64,000 nucleotides of DNA from an uncultured Armatimonadetes bacterium (GCA_963717145.1 OY970325.1:416001-480000), one strand, 5' to 3'. Shown: positions 9,821 to 20,663, counted from the stretch's first letter. Notes: generated by a model from the letters alone, not told the origin. Made by a program: numbers and translations.

Positions 9821-11107
9821 GTGAAAGAGCAGATCAACGTCGGTATCATCGGGCTCGGGACGGTCGGGACTGGCGCGCTGAGGGTCCTGATCGAGAACGA
9901 GAAGGAGATCGCGCGCAAGGTCGGATGCCCGATCGAGGTGATCAAGGTCGCCGACCTGGATATCACCAGCGAACGGCCGGTGCAGTTCGACAAGAGCATC
10001 CTCACCACGGATGTCAGCGAGGTGGTCGACAACCCCGAGATCGACATCGTGATCGAAACCATCGGCGGCGTGCAGCCGGCCAAGGATTTCATCCTCCGCG
10101 CCATGAGGAACGGCAAGCACGTGGTCTGCGCGAACAAGGAGCTTATCGCCAAAGAGGGCGCGGATATCCTCGGCACGGCATGTGTCAAGGGCGTCGATTT
10201 CTACTTCGAGGGTGCGGTCGGCGGCGGAATCCCGATCATCCGGGCTATGAAGACCTGCCTGGCCGCGAACAAGATCCTCGAGGTGATGGCGATCCTCAAC
10301 GGCACGACGAACTACATCTTGACCAAGATGGCGAACGAAGGCAGGGATTTCGATGAGGTCTTGCAAGAGGCTCAGGCTGCCGGTTACGCCGAGTCCGATC
10401 CGGCAGCGGACATCGAGGGCCATGACGCGAAGTACAAGCTCTCGATCGTCGCGAGCATCGCCTTCACGAGCCGCGTGAACGTGAACGATATCTACTCCGA
10501 GGGCATCACCAAGATCGCCCCGCAGGACATATGCTATGCCCGCGAACTGGGCTACGTGATCAAGCTGCTCGCGATCGCCAAACGGAACGGCGAGCAGATC
10601 GAGGCGCGAGTACATCCGACGCTGATTCCCATCGGCCATCCTCTGGCAACGGTGAACGACGTCTACAACGGCATCTACATCCGCGGCGACTTCGTGGGTG
10701 ACGTGATGTTCTACGGGAGGGGAGCGGGTTCTCTCCCGACAGGGAGCGCGGTGGCCGGCGACGTGATGGATATCGCGAGGAACATCAACTACGGCTGCCC
10801 GGGTAGGATCCCATGCACGTGTTTCGACAAGCGCGAGATCCGAAGCATCGACCTCGTCGAGACTCGCTACTACATGCGGATGCTCGTCGCGGACGAGCCC
10901 GGCGTACTGGCGAGCATCGCGCAAGCATTCGGGGACAACAGCGTCAGCATCGCCTCGATGGTCCAGAAGGATATGTACGGCGACAAGGCGGAGATCGTCA
11001 TGGTGACCCACCAGGTGGCGGAGAAGAACTTCCGCAAGGCCATAGAGACGATCGAACGCCTCCCGAACGTCGCCGAGGTCAGCAACTGGTTGAGGGTAGA
11101 GGAGTAA
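9821..11107 (+). CDS. hom: Homoserine dehydrogenase with ACT domain
   Basis: GLGTVG, ANK, EGAVGGGIP, ILNGTTNYIL, GYAESDP and GRGAG motifs. Confidence 0.95.
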   Translation: MKEQINVGIIGLGTVGTGALRVLIENEKEIARKVGCPIEVIKVADLDITSERPVQFDKSILTTDVSEVVDNPEIDIVIETIGGVQPAKDFILRAMRNGKHVVCANKELIAKEGADILGTACVKGVDFYFEGAVGGGIPIIRAMKTCLAANKILEVMAILNGTTNYILTKMANEGRDFDEVLQEAQAAGYAESDPAADIEGHDAKYKLSIVASIAFTSRVNVNDIYSEGITKIAPQDICYARELGYVIKLLAIAKRNGEQIEARVHPTLIPIGHPLATVNDVYNGIYIRGDFVGDVMFYGRGAGSLPTGSAVAGDVMDIARNINYGCPGRIPCTCFDKREIRSIDLVETRYYMRMLVADEPGVLASIAQAFGDNSVSIASMVQKDMYGDKAEIVMVTHQVAEKNFRKAIETIERLPNVAEVSNWLRVEE

Positions 11108-11109
11108 CG

Positions 11110-11279
11110 AACACAGAAACACAGAAGGACACAGAAAGTCGGAAGTTTGGTCAGGAAGCCAGGAAGGGAGGAAACCAGGAACAACTGATTTCGAATTCTT
11201 CCTGGTTTCCTCCCTTCCTGGCTTCCTGATAGAAAAGCTTTTTCCGGGTCTTCCGTGTTCTTTCCGTGCTTCTGTGTTC
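11110..11279. repeat. Nested palindromic element, second copy
   Basis: aacacagaaacacagaag...cttctgtgtt encloses tcaggaagccaggaaggg...cccttcctggcttcctga. Confidence 0.72.
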
Positions 11280-11295
11280 CGAAGGAGTTTACGCC

Positions 11296-12378
11296 ATGGT
11301 TATGGAGAAGACAATGCCGATGCCGCGGACGGTCGGCATCATCGAGCGGTACAGGGAGTTCATGCCGGTGACCGACCGGACCCCGATCATCAGCCTGCTC
11401 GAGGGGAGCACGCCGCTCATCCGAGTCGACCGTCTTGCGAAGGAGATCGCGCCGAACCTCACGATTTACGTCAAGTACGAGGGCCTCAACCCGACCGGCT
11501 CGTTCAAGGATCGCGGCATGACGATGGCCATCTCCAAGGCCGTCGAGGAGGGCTCGAAGGCCGTCATGTGCGCCTCGACCGGCAACACGGCGGCGTCGGC
11601 TGCGGCTTATTCGGCGCGCGCAGGGCTCGACTGCATCGTCCTGATCCCTAAGGGCAACATCGCATACGGCAAGCTCTCCCAGTCGATGATTCACGGTGCG
11701 AAGGTCGTGCAGGTCGAGGGCAACTTCGATGAGGCGCTCAACCTCGTGAAGGAGATGACCTCCAACTATCCGATCACACTGGTGAATTCGCTCAATCCAT
11801 ACCGCATCGAGGGCCAGAAGTCCGGGGCATTCGAGGTCTGCGATGTTCTCGGTGAGCCGCCCGACTTCCATGCGATCCCCGTCGGCAACGCGGGCAACAT
11901 CACCGCGTACTGGAAGGGCTACAAGGAATACCTCGAAAACGGCAGGATATCGCGCCTGCCGAAGATGATCGGCTTCCAGGCGGCGGGATCGGCCCCGATC
12001 GTTCTCGGTCATCCGATCGAGAATCCCGAGACGATCGCGACCGCGATCCGCATCGGCAACCCGGCGAGCTGGATTCAGGCCGAGGCCGCCCGCGACGAAT
12101 CCGGCGGCCTGATCGACATTGTCACCGACGAGGAGATACTGGAGGCATACAAGATGCTTGCCCGCATCGAGGGCATCTTCTGCGAGCCTGCATCGGCGGC
12201 ATCGGTTGCCGGGGTGCGGAAGAAGGCATCGCAGGGATTCTTCAGGGAGCCGGCGACCGTCGTCTGCGTCCTCACGGGCCATGGCCTCAAGGATCCCGAC
12301 TGTGCGGTCAAGCAGGCCTCCGCGCCGTTCAACGTCCCGCCGACGATGGACGCGCTGCTGAAGGTGCTGGGATATTAG
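11296..12378 (+). CDS. thrC: Threonine synthase
   Basis: NPTGSFKDRG, ASTGNT, PVGNAGN and TGHGLKD motifs. Confidence 0.95.
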   Translation: MVMEKTMPMPRTVGIIERYREFMPVTDRTPIISLLEGSTPLIRVDRLAKEIAPNLTIYVKYEGLNPTGSFKDRGMTMAISKAVEEGSKAVMCASTGNTAASAAAYSARAGLDCIVLIPKGNIAYGKLSQSMIHGAKVVQVEGNFDEALNLVKEMTSNYPITLVNSLNPYRIEGQKSGAFEVCDVLGEPPDFHAIPVGNAGNITAYWKGYKEYLENGRISRLPKMIGFQAAGSAPIVLGHPIENPETIATAIRIGNPASWIQAEAARDESGGLIDIVTDEEILEAYKMLARIEGIFCEPASAASVAGVRKKASQGFFREPATVVCVLTGHGLKDPDCAVKQASAPFNVPPTMDALLKVLGY

Positions 12379-12441
12379 GATGTAGCACCGCTGCCAGGTA
12401 TCCTTTTTCCGTACTTTGCTTGCGAGAGGAGGTTCTTGGCG

Positions 12442-13044
12442 ATGCATCTGCGATTCCTGGGCGATGCGCTTGATCACTGGAAGGGATCTGCGCTTGAGTG
12501 GCTATGCGGCGGAGACCTTCTAGAGGAATTGGCTGTCGATGCCATGACTACCGATGCGTGCGACTGGTCGGACAACGATTGGCAGACGTACTCTCGCCTA
12601 CTTAGGGTTCCGGACGATCATCTTGTAAGACACTCGAGCAGTCTAGTATCAGAGCGCCTTCAGTATTTCGCTGAGATTCCTAAGCACGCTGACCTATTTC
12701 TTGATCCTGACACTGGGATCGCAACTCATGGCGTCAGTCGCAAGGATAGGCCCCGCTATATAATGCCAGGCGAATTGCTTGGCTTGCTGACAGATAACGA
12801 TGCACGAGTCGTCGCCGTGTATCAGCATGGGGCGCGCGGGTGCGAGATGAGCCGGCGCGCGGATGCTGTACTAGGCTGCGTATACGGGCAGAACGCCTGC
12901 ATAGCTTGTGCCTCATATGAGGCCACGAGCGTGGCAATGCTGTTCTTGTCACTGAACTGCCACCGGGTAGCAGCAATCGCTGATTATCTTGGCCGTATGC
13001 TGGAAGGTCGCGCTGCAAGTCGGGTTCGTCTCTACCGGCCATAG
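12442..13044 (+). CDS. Hypothetical accessory protein (GD..D.K / FLDPDTG / YQH)
   Basis: Intact ORF with RBS and lower GC than its neighbours, lying between thrC and purC. Confidence 0.65.
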   Translation: MHLRFLGDALDHWKGSALEWLCGGDLLEELAVDAMTTDACDWSDNDWQTYSRLLRVPDDHLVRHSSSLVSERLQYFAEIPKHADLFLDPDTGIATHGVSRKDRPRYIMPGELLGLLTDNDARVVAVYQHGARGCEMSRRADAVLGCVYGQNACIACASYEATSVAMLFLSLNCHRVAAIADYLGRMLEGRAASRVRLYRP

Positions 13045-13090
13045 GTCTAGATTTGGCCGCAGAGAGTTCTTGCCCGTTCCAGGAGGACAC

Positions 13091-14017
13091 ATGGTTATCA
13101 CATCGACAGACATCAAGGGTCTGAACAAGTTCATTTCCGGCAAGGTGCGCGACGTGTACGATCTGGGCGATGAGCTGCTTATCGTTGCGACCGACCGGCT
13201 GTCCGCGTTCGACGTCATCATGCCGACCGGCATCCCCGACAAGGGGCGCGTGCTCACTCAGCTCTCCCTGTTCTGGTTCGACCTGACCCGGGATGTCGTC
13301 GAGAACCACCTCATTACCGCCGACACGGACGAGATCCTGGCGAGGCTCAAGTCGCTCGGCGTTGAGACGGAGGGGCTGCGCGAGGTGCTCGACGGCCGCT
13401 CGATGATCACGCGCAAGGCGAAGACATTTCCGGTCGAGTGCGTTGTCCGCGGCTACATCTCCGGCTCGGCGTGGAACGATTACAGGGACCTCAAGGCGTC
13501 ATCGAACAGCAAGGTCGTCCTGCATGGGATCGACCTTCCCGCCGATCTGGTCGAGTCCGACAAGCTGCCCGAGCCGATCTTCACCCCGGCGACCAAGGCG
13601 GAACTCGGCGACCATGATATCAACATAAGCGGCGCACAGATGGCCGAGATCATCGGTGAGGCCGATGCGAAGGCCCTGCGCGAGAAGACCCTCGCCGTGT
13701 ACACCAAGGCCTCCGAATATGCCGCCTCCAGGGGCATCATCATCGCAGACACCAAATTCGAGTTCGGACGGGTAGGGGACGATATCATCATCATCGACGA
13801 GGTATTGACCCCCGATTCGTCACGCTTCTGGGATGTCGAGACCTACAAGCCCGGCGGGGCGCAACCGAGCTTCGATAAGCAGTATGTCCGCGACTGGCTG
13901 CTCAGCGTCAACTTCAACAAGCAGCCCCCGGGCCCGGAGCTTCCGGACGATGTGGTAAGGAATACCGCCGACAAGTACCGCGAGGCCTACCGCCGCATCG
14001 TAGGCAAATCGCTCTAG
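13091..14017 (+). CDS. purC: SAICAR synthetase
   Basis: GKVRDVY, DRLSAFD, ECVVRGY, DTKFEFG, DEVLTPDSSRFW and SFDKQ motifs. Confidence 0.96.
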   Translation: MVITSTDIKGLNKFISGKVRDVYDLGDELLIVATDRLSAFDVIMPTGIPDKGRVLTQLSLFWFDLTRDVVENHLITADTDEILARLKSLGVETEGLREVLDGRSMITRKAKTFPVECVVRGYISGSAWNDYRDLKASSNSKVVLHGIDLPADLVESDKLPEPIFTPATKAELGDHDINISGAQMAEIIGEADAKALREKTLAVYTKASEYAASRGIIIADTKFEFGRVGDDIIIIDEVLTPDSSRFWDVETYKPGGAQPSFDKQYVRDWLLSVNFNKQPPGPELPDDVVRNTADKYREAYRRIVGKSL

Positions 14018-14137
14018 TTTGGAGTGCGGCGGCTTGACGCCGCTTCGGAGTGCGATGGCTCGACATCGCTTTGGAATCCGGCGCCGCCGTGTCAAGCCAC
14101 GGCTCAGCAAAGCGATGTCGAGCCATCGCACTCCAAA
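14018..14137. repeat. GGAGTGCG-type REP-like composite palindrome
   Basis: GGAGTGCGATGGCTCGACATCGCTTT and its reverse complement, plus an extra GGAGTGCGGCGGCTTGACGCCGC unit. Confidence 0.75.
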
Positions 14138-14148
14138 GGAGCATCAGC

Positions 14149-14874
14149 ATGGACCTGCAGTCGTTGGCAGAGACGAACTTCGAGGCGTTGGCCGCGAACC
14201 CGTACCCCGGTCGCGGCATAATCCTCGGCCGCAGCCCGAACGGCGAGTCGCTCGTTCAGGTCTACTGGATCATGGGCCGGAGCGAGGGCAGCCGGAACAG
14301 AGTCTTCGTCGAGGAAGATGGCTTCCTCAAGACGAAGCTCTGGGACGAATCGAAGGCGACCGACCCGACGCTGCTGATCTACTACCCGATGAAGCACATC
14401 GGGAGCGTCCACATCGTCTCGAACGGCGACCAGACCGACACGATCTACAAGGCGCTCCAACAGGGCGGCACATTCGAGTCGGCGCTCGACACGCGGACCT
14501 TCGAGCCGGACCCGCCGATCTACACGCCGAGGATCTCCGGCCTGACGAATAGCAGCACTCCCGACGAGTATAAGCTCTCCGTCTTGAAGCCGATGTCGGG
14601 CGACTCGGACTCGGTCGTCCGGTGCTACTACAGCTTCGTGACCCCCGCGAAGGGCATCGGCAACTGCGTCCACACTTACTGGATCACCGCGGAGGGCCAG
14701 CCCGTGCCGTTCGTCGGCGAGCCCTACCTGTTGCCGCTATTCGACGACCTCGAAGAGACAGTGGAGGCCTACTGGGATGCTCTCGATGAGGACAACAGGG
14801 TCTCTCTCGCGGTGAAGTTCATCAATATCACATCAGGTCAGTTCGACCTGCGGGTCATCAACAAGCATGGATGA
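14149..14874 (+). CDS. IMP cyclohydrolase-like (PurO-type Ntn fold) protein
   Basis: YPGRGI, GRS..SRNR, SNGDQTD, FEPD..TPRISG motifs; follows purC. Confidence 0.85.
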   Translation: MDLQSLAETNFEALAANPYPGRGIILGRSPNGESLVQVYWIMGRSEGSRNRVFVEEDGFLKTKLWDESKATDPTLLIYYPMKHIGSVHIVSNGDQTDTIYKALQQGGTFESALDTRTFEPDPPIYTPRISGLTNSSTPDEYKLSVLKPMSGDSDSVVRCYYSFVTPAKGIGNCVHTYWITAEGQPVPFVGEPYLLPLFDDLEETVEAYWDALDEDNRVSLAVKFINITSGQFDLRVINKHG

Positions 14875-14901
14875 GTGCCGGTAGCGGAAGGATGTACGCA
14901 G

Positions 14902-15258
14902 ATGAAGCGTACCATGTTGGGACTGCTCCTGTTTTATGGTGTCATAGGCCTGACCTATCTAAGCGGTTCCTGTGGCGAGGAGTTGCCAACTCGAGGCATC
15001 GGGCTTTTCTTTGTGATAGCGTGCGTGGCTTTTCTGCTCCGCCCGAAAGCCGGGTGGTGGATGTTAGTAGGGCTGACTGCCATCTTCATGGTCATTCCTA
15101 CTGTCGAGGTAATACTCGATGGTTTCAGGCAGCCGGAGCCTCTACTGTATCCGTTCTTCTTCGGTATCTGCTTGCTCGTCTTGCTAGACGGCAAGCCTGC
15201 TAGAACAAAGGGTGTGGATCGATCGGCAGACGAGATCGGCAACTCTGTTCCAAGGTGA
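14902..15258 (+). CDS. Small membrane protein
   Basis: About four hydrophobic segments, lower GC. Confidence 0.6.
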   Translation: MKRTMLGLLLFYGVIGLTYLSGSCGEELPTRGIGLFFVIACVAFLLRPKAGWWMLVGLTAIFMVIPTVEVILDGFRQPEPLLYPFFFGICLLVLLDGKPARTKGVDRSADEIGNSVPR

Positions 15259-15264
15259 AAACAC

Positions 15265-16464
15265 ATGGCAACCACCTCTGGTATCAAGTACATCCTTCTC
15301 GTGCCCGACGGCATGGGTGATCGGCCGCTGCCCGAGTTGGACGGCAAGACCCCCATGCAGGTCGCGAAGAAGCCGAACATGGATCGGCTCGCGGCGAACG
15401 GTCGGGTCGGCGCGGTGAACACCATCCCCCAGGGCATGGATCCGGGAAGCGATGTCGCCGCGATGTCGCTCCTCGGCTACGATCCGCACAAGTACTACAC
15501 CGGGCGCGCCCCGATCGAGGCCGCCAGCATGCAGATCCCGCTCGATAAGAAGGATGTCGCCTTCAGATGCAATCTGGTGACCTCCGATGGCGAGACGATG
15601 ATCGACTACAGCGCCGGGCATGTGACCACTGAGGAGGCCCGCGAGTTGATGACATTTGTCAACGAGAAGCTCCGCACGCGGATGATCTCCTTCTTCCCGG
15701 GAGTCAGCTACCGGCACATCATGGTCTGGCGCGATGCCTCCCCCGAAGTCAAGACGACTCCACCGCATGACATCCTCGGCAAAGGGATTGCCGAGTACCT
15801 GCCCGCGGGTGACGGCGAGAGCACCCTCCGCGGCCTGATGTTCGACTCCCATGAGCTTCTGGAGAACCATCCGATCAACCAACGGCGGCGCGCCGAGGGC
15901 CTGAATCCCGCCAATATGATCTGGCTCTGGGGACAGGGGCGGGCGCTCAGCGTCCCGAGCTTCTCCTCGAAGACCGGGCTCACCGGCGGGGTCATCTCGG
16001 CGGTCGATCTGCTGAAGGGCCTCGGGCGCGCGACAGGCATGGCGGTTCCCGACGTTCCCGGCGTGACCGGATTCCTCGATACGAACTTCGAGGGCAAGGC
16101 TCAGTACGCGCTCGATGTGCTCAAACAGCGCGATTTCGTCCTCATCCACGCCGAAGCGCCCGACGAGGCGGGCCATATCGGTAGTCTCGACAAGAAGATC
16201 GAGGCGATCGAGTTGATCGATCGGCGTCTCCTCGGGCCGCTGTTGGAGGGGCTGAGGGAGGTCAAATGCTTCCGAATCATGATCCTGCCCGACCATGTGA
16301 CGCCGATCTCCATCCGCACCCATGCCTCAGACGCCGTGCCGTTCCTGCTCTACTCGTCCTTCGAGCCCGCCGAGACGAACCTTCCGTTTGACGAGCGCGC
16401 CGTCGAGGAAACAAAGCTGAGGGTGGAGGAAGGGTATCGGCTGATCGAGCTTCTCTTGGGATGA
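15265..16464 (+). CDS. apgM: Cofactor-independent phosphoglycerate mutase family (ApgM-like)
   Basis: DGMGD, PGSD, TGRAPIEA, DEAGH, PDH and TH metalloenzyme motifs. Confidence 0.88.
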   Translation: MATTSGIKYILLVPDGMGDRPLPELDGKTPMQVAKKPNMDRLAANGRVGAVNTIPQGMDPGSDVAAMSLLGYDPHKYYTGRAPIEAASMQIPLDKKDVAFRCNLVTSDGETMIDYSAGHVTTEEARELMTFVNEKLRTRMISFFPGVSYRHIMVWRDASPEVKTTPPHDILGKGIAEYLPAGDGESTLRGLMFDSHELLENHPINQRRRAEGLNPANMIWLWGQGRALSVPSFSSKTGLTGGVISAVDLLKGLGRATGMAVPDVPGVTGFLDTNFEGKAQYALDVLKQRDFVLIHAEAPDEAGHIGSLDKKIEAIELIDRRLLGPLLEGLREVKCFRIMILPDHVTPISIRTHASDAVPFLLYSSFEPAETNLPFDERAVEETKLRVEEGYRLIELLLG

Positions 16465-16530
16465 CCCGTGTGGCTGGTTGGGCCGGATGGTGTGTGGTAT
16501 AATGACAATGGAACTGAGAGAGGTTTGTTG

Positions 16531-16905
16531 ATGACATGGCGTGAGATGAGCGTAGATTGCCGCCGAGCGGCACAGTACCTCCTCAAAGAAGAGTGCCTGC
16601 GCAGCAGCATCAGCAGGTCCTACTATGCGGCGTATGCTGCGGTTGCCTCCGGCCTCGAGGAAGCGAAGATCAGTTACCCGGATGGGCGCGCCAATCCGCG
16701 TCATGCAGATATGCCGAGATACATAAAGAGCTGCTTGCGTTCGGTCTCTGCGCATGAACGGCAGGCCATTTCCAGGGCAGTCAGGCGGTTATGGCGGGCA
16801 AGGGTGGAAGCCGATTACATTCCGTCAGCATCTTTTGACCGAGCCGGTGCTCTGAATGCTCTCCATGATGCCCTGCGCGTAATGGAGACCATTGGGGTCA
16901 AGTAA
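16531..16905 (+). CDS. HEPN domain protein
   Basis: RSSISRSYYAAY and R..ADY motifs; TGGTATAAT extended -10 upstream. Confidence 0.8.
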   Translation: MTWREMSVDCRRAAQYLLKEECLRSSISRSYYAAYAAVASGLEEAKISYPDGRANPRHADMPRYIKSCLRSVSAHERQAISRAVRRLWRARVEADYIPSASFDRAGALNALHDALRVMETIGVK

Positions 16906-16916
16906 GGGGAAGGGTT

Positions 16917-17156
16917 ATGGATAAGCTCAAGATAATCCAAGCTGTCAAACGTCATCTCGCGGAACGGCAATTGGAAGGCATAACCATCAGTATTATTGAG
17001 CAAGGGGTGAGAAACGATCAGAACTGGTGGTATGTCCCTGTGCGCGCTGATCGAGAGCCGAGGAAGACATATGAGTACTACGAAGCGCTGGCAGAGATAG
17101 AGGACGACCTGAAGAGCAAGGAGAAACTCGATGTTCTGCTTGTTCCTGCGGCTTGA
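16917..17156 (+). CDS. Small hypothetical protein, probable HEPN partner (degenerate MNT-like)
   Basis: 79 aa with RBS, immediately after the HEPN gene. Confidence 0.6.
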   Translation: MDKLKIIQAVKRHLAERQLEGITISIIEQGVRNDQNWWYVPVRADREPRKTYEYYEALAEIEDDLKSKEKLDVLLVPAA

Positions 17157-17192
17157 TGGCCGAGAGCCGGTGCCCTTATCCCAGAGACCGGG

Positions 17193-18617
17193 ATGACCCA
17201 GGATTCTGACCTGATCAGCCGTGTACGCCTTGCCATCCGCCGATTTTCCATGGTGGATTGCGACAGCACGGTCCTCGTCGCCGTGTCCGGTGGCCCGGAT
17301 TCGGTCGCACTCCTCCACGCCCTCCTCACACTCCGTGAGGAACTCGGCCTCACGCTTCACGTCGCGCACCTCGATCACTCCTTCCGCGGCGAGGCGTCTG
17401 ACGAGGATGCCGAGTACGTGCGTCGTCTCGCCGACGAGATGGGCATCCCTGCGACGATAGAGAAGGCCGATGTTCCCCAGATCCAGCGAACGCTCAGACT
17501 ATCACCAGAGGAAGCCGCGCGCCTCGTCCGCTACGAGTTCCTCAATCGAGTCGCCGACGAGGTCGGCGCCGCACGCATTGCGCTCGGACACACCGCCGAC
17601 GATCAGGTCGAGACGGTGCTGATGAACCTCCTGCGCGGAACCGGGATCGATGGACTCAGGGGGATGCCGCCCGTGCGCGACAGGATCATCCGCCCGCTCA
17701 TCAAGGTCCGCCGCACGGAGATCGAGGAGTATATCAGGGCGAACGGTCTCCATCCCCGGACCGATGAGACGAACCTGATGCCCGCATTCACGCGCAATCG
17801 GATCAGGCTGGAACTGCTTCCGATGCTGAGGCGTCAGTATAACCTGGGAGTGGATGCGGCGATTCTCAAGTTGGCGGAACTAGCACGTGCGGATACCGCG
17901 TATATGAATATGGTGGCCGATGATGCTGTAAGGGGTATCACCCTCGCAACCGGCGATGGCATGCTGTCACTCGACACGGCGGGAATGAGCGGTATGACTC
18001 CCGCGATAGGTCGAAGGGCCGTGCGGAGCGCCGTGAAACAGGTGCGGGGCGATATCGCCGATATCGGGCTTCGGCATGTGGACGAGCTTCTGTCGCTCCT
18101 GGAGTCGTCGAGCAGCTTTCGGTATGAGCTGCCCGGAGGAGTTTTCGTCGAGAGGTCGGGGGACACACTCACATTCCTCTCTCAGCGGCCCTCCGATCAG
18201 CCGATCATATACAGTTGCGAGTTGACGGTCCCGGGTGAGACCCGCGTGCCCGAGGCGCAGGCAGTCATCACCGCGGAGATCGTGGATCAGTGGGCAGACC
18301 CGACGCGATCGCATGGGAGCATGGAAGCCGTATTCGATCTCGGGTTGATCGTGGGGACACTGGTCGTAAGGAATTGGCGGCCGGGAGATCGGATCCGCCC
18401 GCTTGGAATGCAGGGGTCCAAGAAACTGCACGACATCTTCGTCGATGCGAAGATTCCCCGGAGCGAAAGGCATCGGATCCCGGTCGTCGCTGACGACGCA
18501 AAAGTGGTGTGGGTTTCCGGCCTGGCGGTGTCCGATGAGGCCAGGGTGACGGAAGCCACACGGCGTTCCCTGGTGCTTGCCGTTCGACCGGATCAGAGTT
18601 GCGTCGGGGCTGATTGA
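17193..18617 (+). CDS. tilS: tRNA(Ile)-lysidine synthetase
   Basis: AVSGGPDS, GHTADDQVET, RPL and RNRIR motifs; precedes ftsH. Confidence 0.95.
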   Translation: MTQDSDLISRVRLAIRRFSMVDCDSTVLVAVSGGPDSVALLHALLTLREELGLTLHVAHLDHSFRGEASDEDAEYVRRLADEMGIPATIEKADVPQIQRTLRLSPEEAARLVRYEFLNRVADEVGAARIALGHTADDQVETVLMNLLRGTGIDGLRGMPPVRDRIIRPLIKVRRTEIEEYIRANGLHPRTDETNLMPAFTRNRIRLELLPMLRRQYNLGVDAAILKLAELARADTAYMNMVADDAVRGITLATGDGMLSLDTAGMSGMTPAIGRRAVRSAVKQVRGDIADIGLRHVDELLSLLESSSSFRYELPGGVFVERSGDTLTFLSQRPSDQPIIYSCELTVPGETRVPEAQAVITAEIVDQWADPTRSHGSMEAVFDLGLIVGTLVVRNWRPGDRIRPLGMQGSKKLHDIFVDAKIPRSERHRIPVVADDAKVVWVSGLAVSDEARVTEATRRSLVLAVRPDQSCVGAD

Positions 18618-18667
18618 ATGGTATAATCTAATACTCTCGGAGATGGATTGACATGGGAGGAGAGCAT

Positions 18668-20593
18668 TTGAACAGGTTTCTCAAGAGTTTCATGGTCGCG
18701 GCGCTGGTGCTGTTCGCCATTTACATGGCCGGGCAGCCACTGGCGAAAAAGAACGCGCCCAAACAGATATCCTACGCCACTTTCTACAAGCTGATCGAGG
18801 ACGGCAAAGTCAGGTCCGGAACATTCTTCAAGGACAATCATTTTGAAGGTGTACTGGCCAATAACGACAAGATACGGGTCACTCTCTCGACATCCGATCA
18901 AGCGCGCTCCGCTCTCGAATCCGACCTGCGGAAGCATGGCACGAACTACGCCTACGACAAGCCGATGCTGTCGGACGGCCTGCAGAGCCTGCTGCTCACG
19001 TTCCTGCCCATGGTGGTCCTGATCATCTTCTTCTACATGCTGATCCTGCGTCAGGCGCAGGCCGGCGGCAATCAGGCCCTGTCGTTCGGACGAAGCCGAG
19101 CGAAGCGGCTTTCCGAGAACGTGCCCAAGGTCACATTTGATGACGTTGCGGGCATTGACGAGGCCAAGGCCGAACTCGAGGAAGTCGTCGAATTCCTGAG
19201 GAACTCCAAGAAATTCCAGGCGCTGGGGGCAAAGATTCCCAAGGGCGTACTACTTCTCGGGCCTCCCGGGTGCGGCAAGACGCTCCTGGCCCGCGCGATT
19301 GCGGGAGAAGCGGGCGTCCCGTTCTTCCACATCAGCGGTTCGGATTTCGTCGAGATGTTCGTCGGCGTCGGCGCATCGAGAGTGCGCGACCTTTTCGAGA
19401 CTGCGAAGGCCAACCGCCCAAGTCTCATCTTCATCGACGAGATCGACGCAGTCGGTCGCCAGAGAGGCGCAGGCCTCGGCGGTGGGCACGATGAGAGGGA
19501 GCAGACACTCAACCAGCTCCTCGTCGAGATGGACGGATTCGATCCGAATGCCGGCGTCATCCTGATTGCCGCGACGAACAGACCGGACGTTCTCGATCCG
19601 GCGCTGCTCAGACCGGGCAGGTTCGATCGACGCGTCACAGTGGACAACCCGGATGCCAGGGGTCGCGAGGCGATCCTCAAGGTGCATATGCGTGGAAAGC
19701 CGCTGGACAAGGACGTCAATTCCGAGAGCCTCGCACGGCGCACACCTGGATTCTCGGGTGCAGACCTGGCGAACCTCGTGAATGAGGCGGCGCTGCTTGC
19801 AGCGCGACGTGAGAAGACCAAGATCGCGATGTCGGAGTTCGAGTCCTCCGTCGACCGAGTGATCGCGGGCCCGGAGCGGAAGAGCCGCTTGATCAGTGAG
19901 AGCGAGAAGGAGATGGTCGCCTACCATGAAGTCGGCCATGCGATAGTCTCCGAACTGCTCCCGCTGGCAGATCCGGTTCACAAGGTATCGATCCTGCCGC
20001 GTGGCATGGCTCTCGGATATACGATGCAGCTTCCCCTGCAGGACAAGTACCTGACGACTCAAGGCGAGCTGCTCGATGATATCGCCGGACTCCTCGGCGG
20101 GCGTGCCGCGGAGAAGTTGATCTTCGGAGAGGCGACCACCGGCGCAAACAGCGACCTCGATCGCGCGAGTGAGATCGCCCGCGCGATGGTCTGTGAGTTC
20201 GGCATGAGCGACAATCTCGGCCCGATCACTCTGGGCAAGCGGCACGGCAACCCGTTCCTCGGGCGCGACATCATGGAAGATCGCAACTACAGCGAGGACG
20301 TAGCGAAGTCGATCGATCAGGAGATCAGGAAGATCATAGATGCCTCGTATGAGCGCGCTGAGCACCTCCTGGTCGAGAACAGGGACAAGATGGACCTGAT
20401 CGTCAAGCAACTGCTCGAGAAGGAAACCATCGAGCGCGAGGAGTTCGAGATCCTGATGTATGGCGAGAAGCGCCCGGCCAAGGATACGACGCCGAATGAG
20501 CCGATGACGGCCTCTGAGGAGCCGCAGGATGGCCAGGCGGAAAAGCCGAACAAGCAAGAGGGGAAGACTCGCCTCGAGCCGGGTGTAGCATAG
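18668..20593 (+). CDS. ftsH: ATP-dependent zinc metalloprotease FtsH
   Basis: Two TM segments, [22 protein letters not shown] and HEVGH. Confidence 0.97.
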   Translation: MNRFLKSFMVAALVLFAIYMAGQPLAKKNAPKQISYATFYKLIEDGKVRSGTFFKDNHFEGVLANNDKIRVTLSTSDQARSALESDLRKHGTNYAYDKPMLSDGLQSLLLTFLPMVVLIIFFYMLILRQAQAGGNQALSFGRSRAKRLSENVPKVTFDDVAGIDEAKAELEEVVEFLRNSKKFQALGAKIPKGVLLLGPPGCGKTLLARAIAGEAGVPFFHISGSDFVEMFVGVGASRVRDLFETAKANRPSLIFIDEIDAVGRQRGAGLGGGHDEREQTLNQLLVEMDGFDPNAGVILIAATNRPDVLDPALLRPGRFDRRVTVDNPDARGREAILKVHMRGKPLDKDVNSESLARRTPGFSGADLANLVNEAALLAARREKTKIAMSEFESSVDRVIAGPERKSRLISESEKEMVAYHEVGHAIVSELLPLADPVHKVSILPRGMALGYTMQLPLQDKYLTTQGELLDDIAGLLGGRAAEKLIFGEATTGANSDLDRASEIARAMVCEFGMSDNLGPITLGKRHGNPFLGRDIMEDRNYSEDVAKSIDQEIRKIIDASYERAEHLLVENRDKMDLIVKQLLEKETIEREEFEILMYGEKRPAKDTTPNEPMTASEEPQDGQAEKPNKQEGKTRLEPGVA

Positions 20594-20620
20594 GCACCCC
20601 GGATTGGCTTGTGATAGAGT

Positions 20621-20655
20621 AGAAGCGGCCGTCCATTGGGGCGGCCGCTTCTTTT
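20621..20655 (+). terminator. Intrinsic terminator after ftsH
   Basis: AGAAGCGGCCG stem followed by a T tract. Confidence 0.75.
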
Positions 20656-20663
20656 ACTGATGA

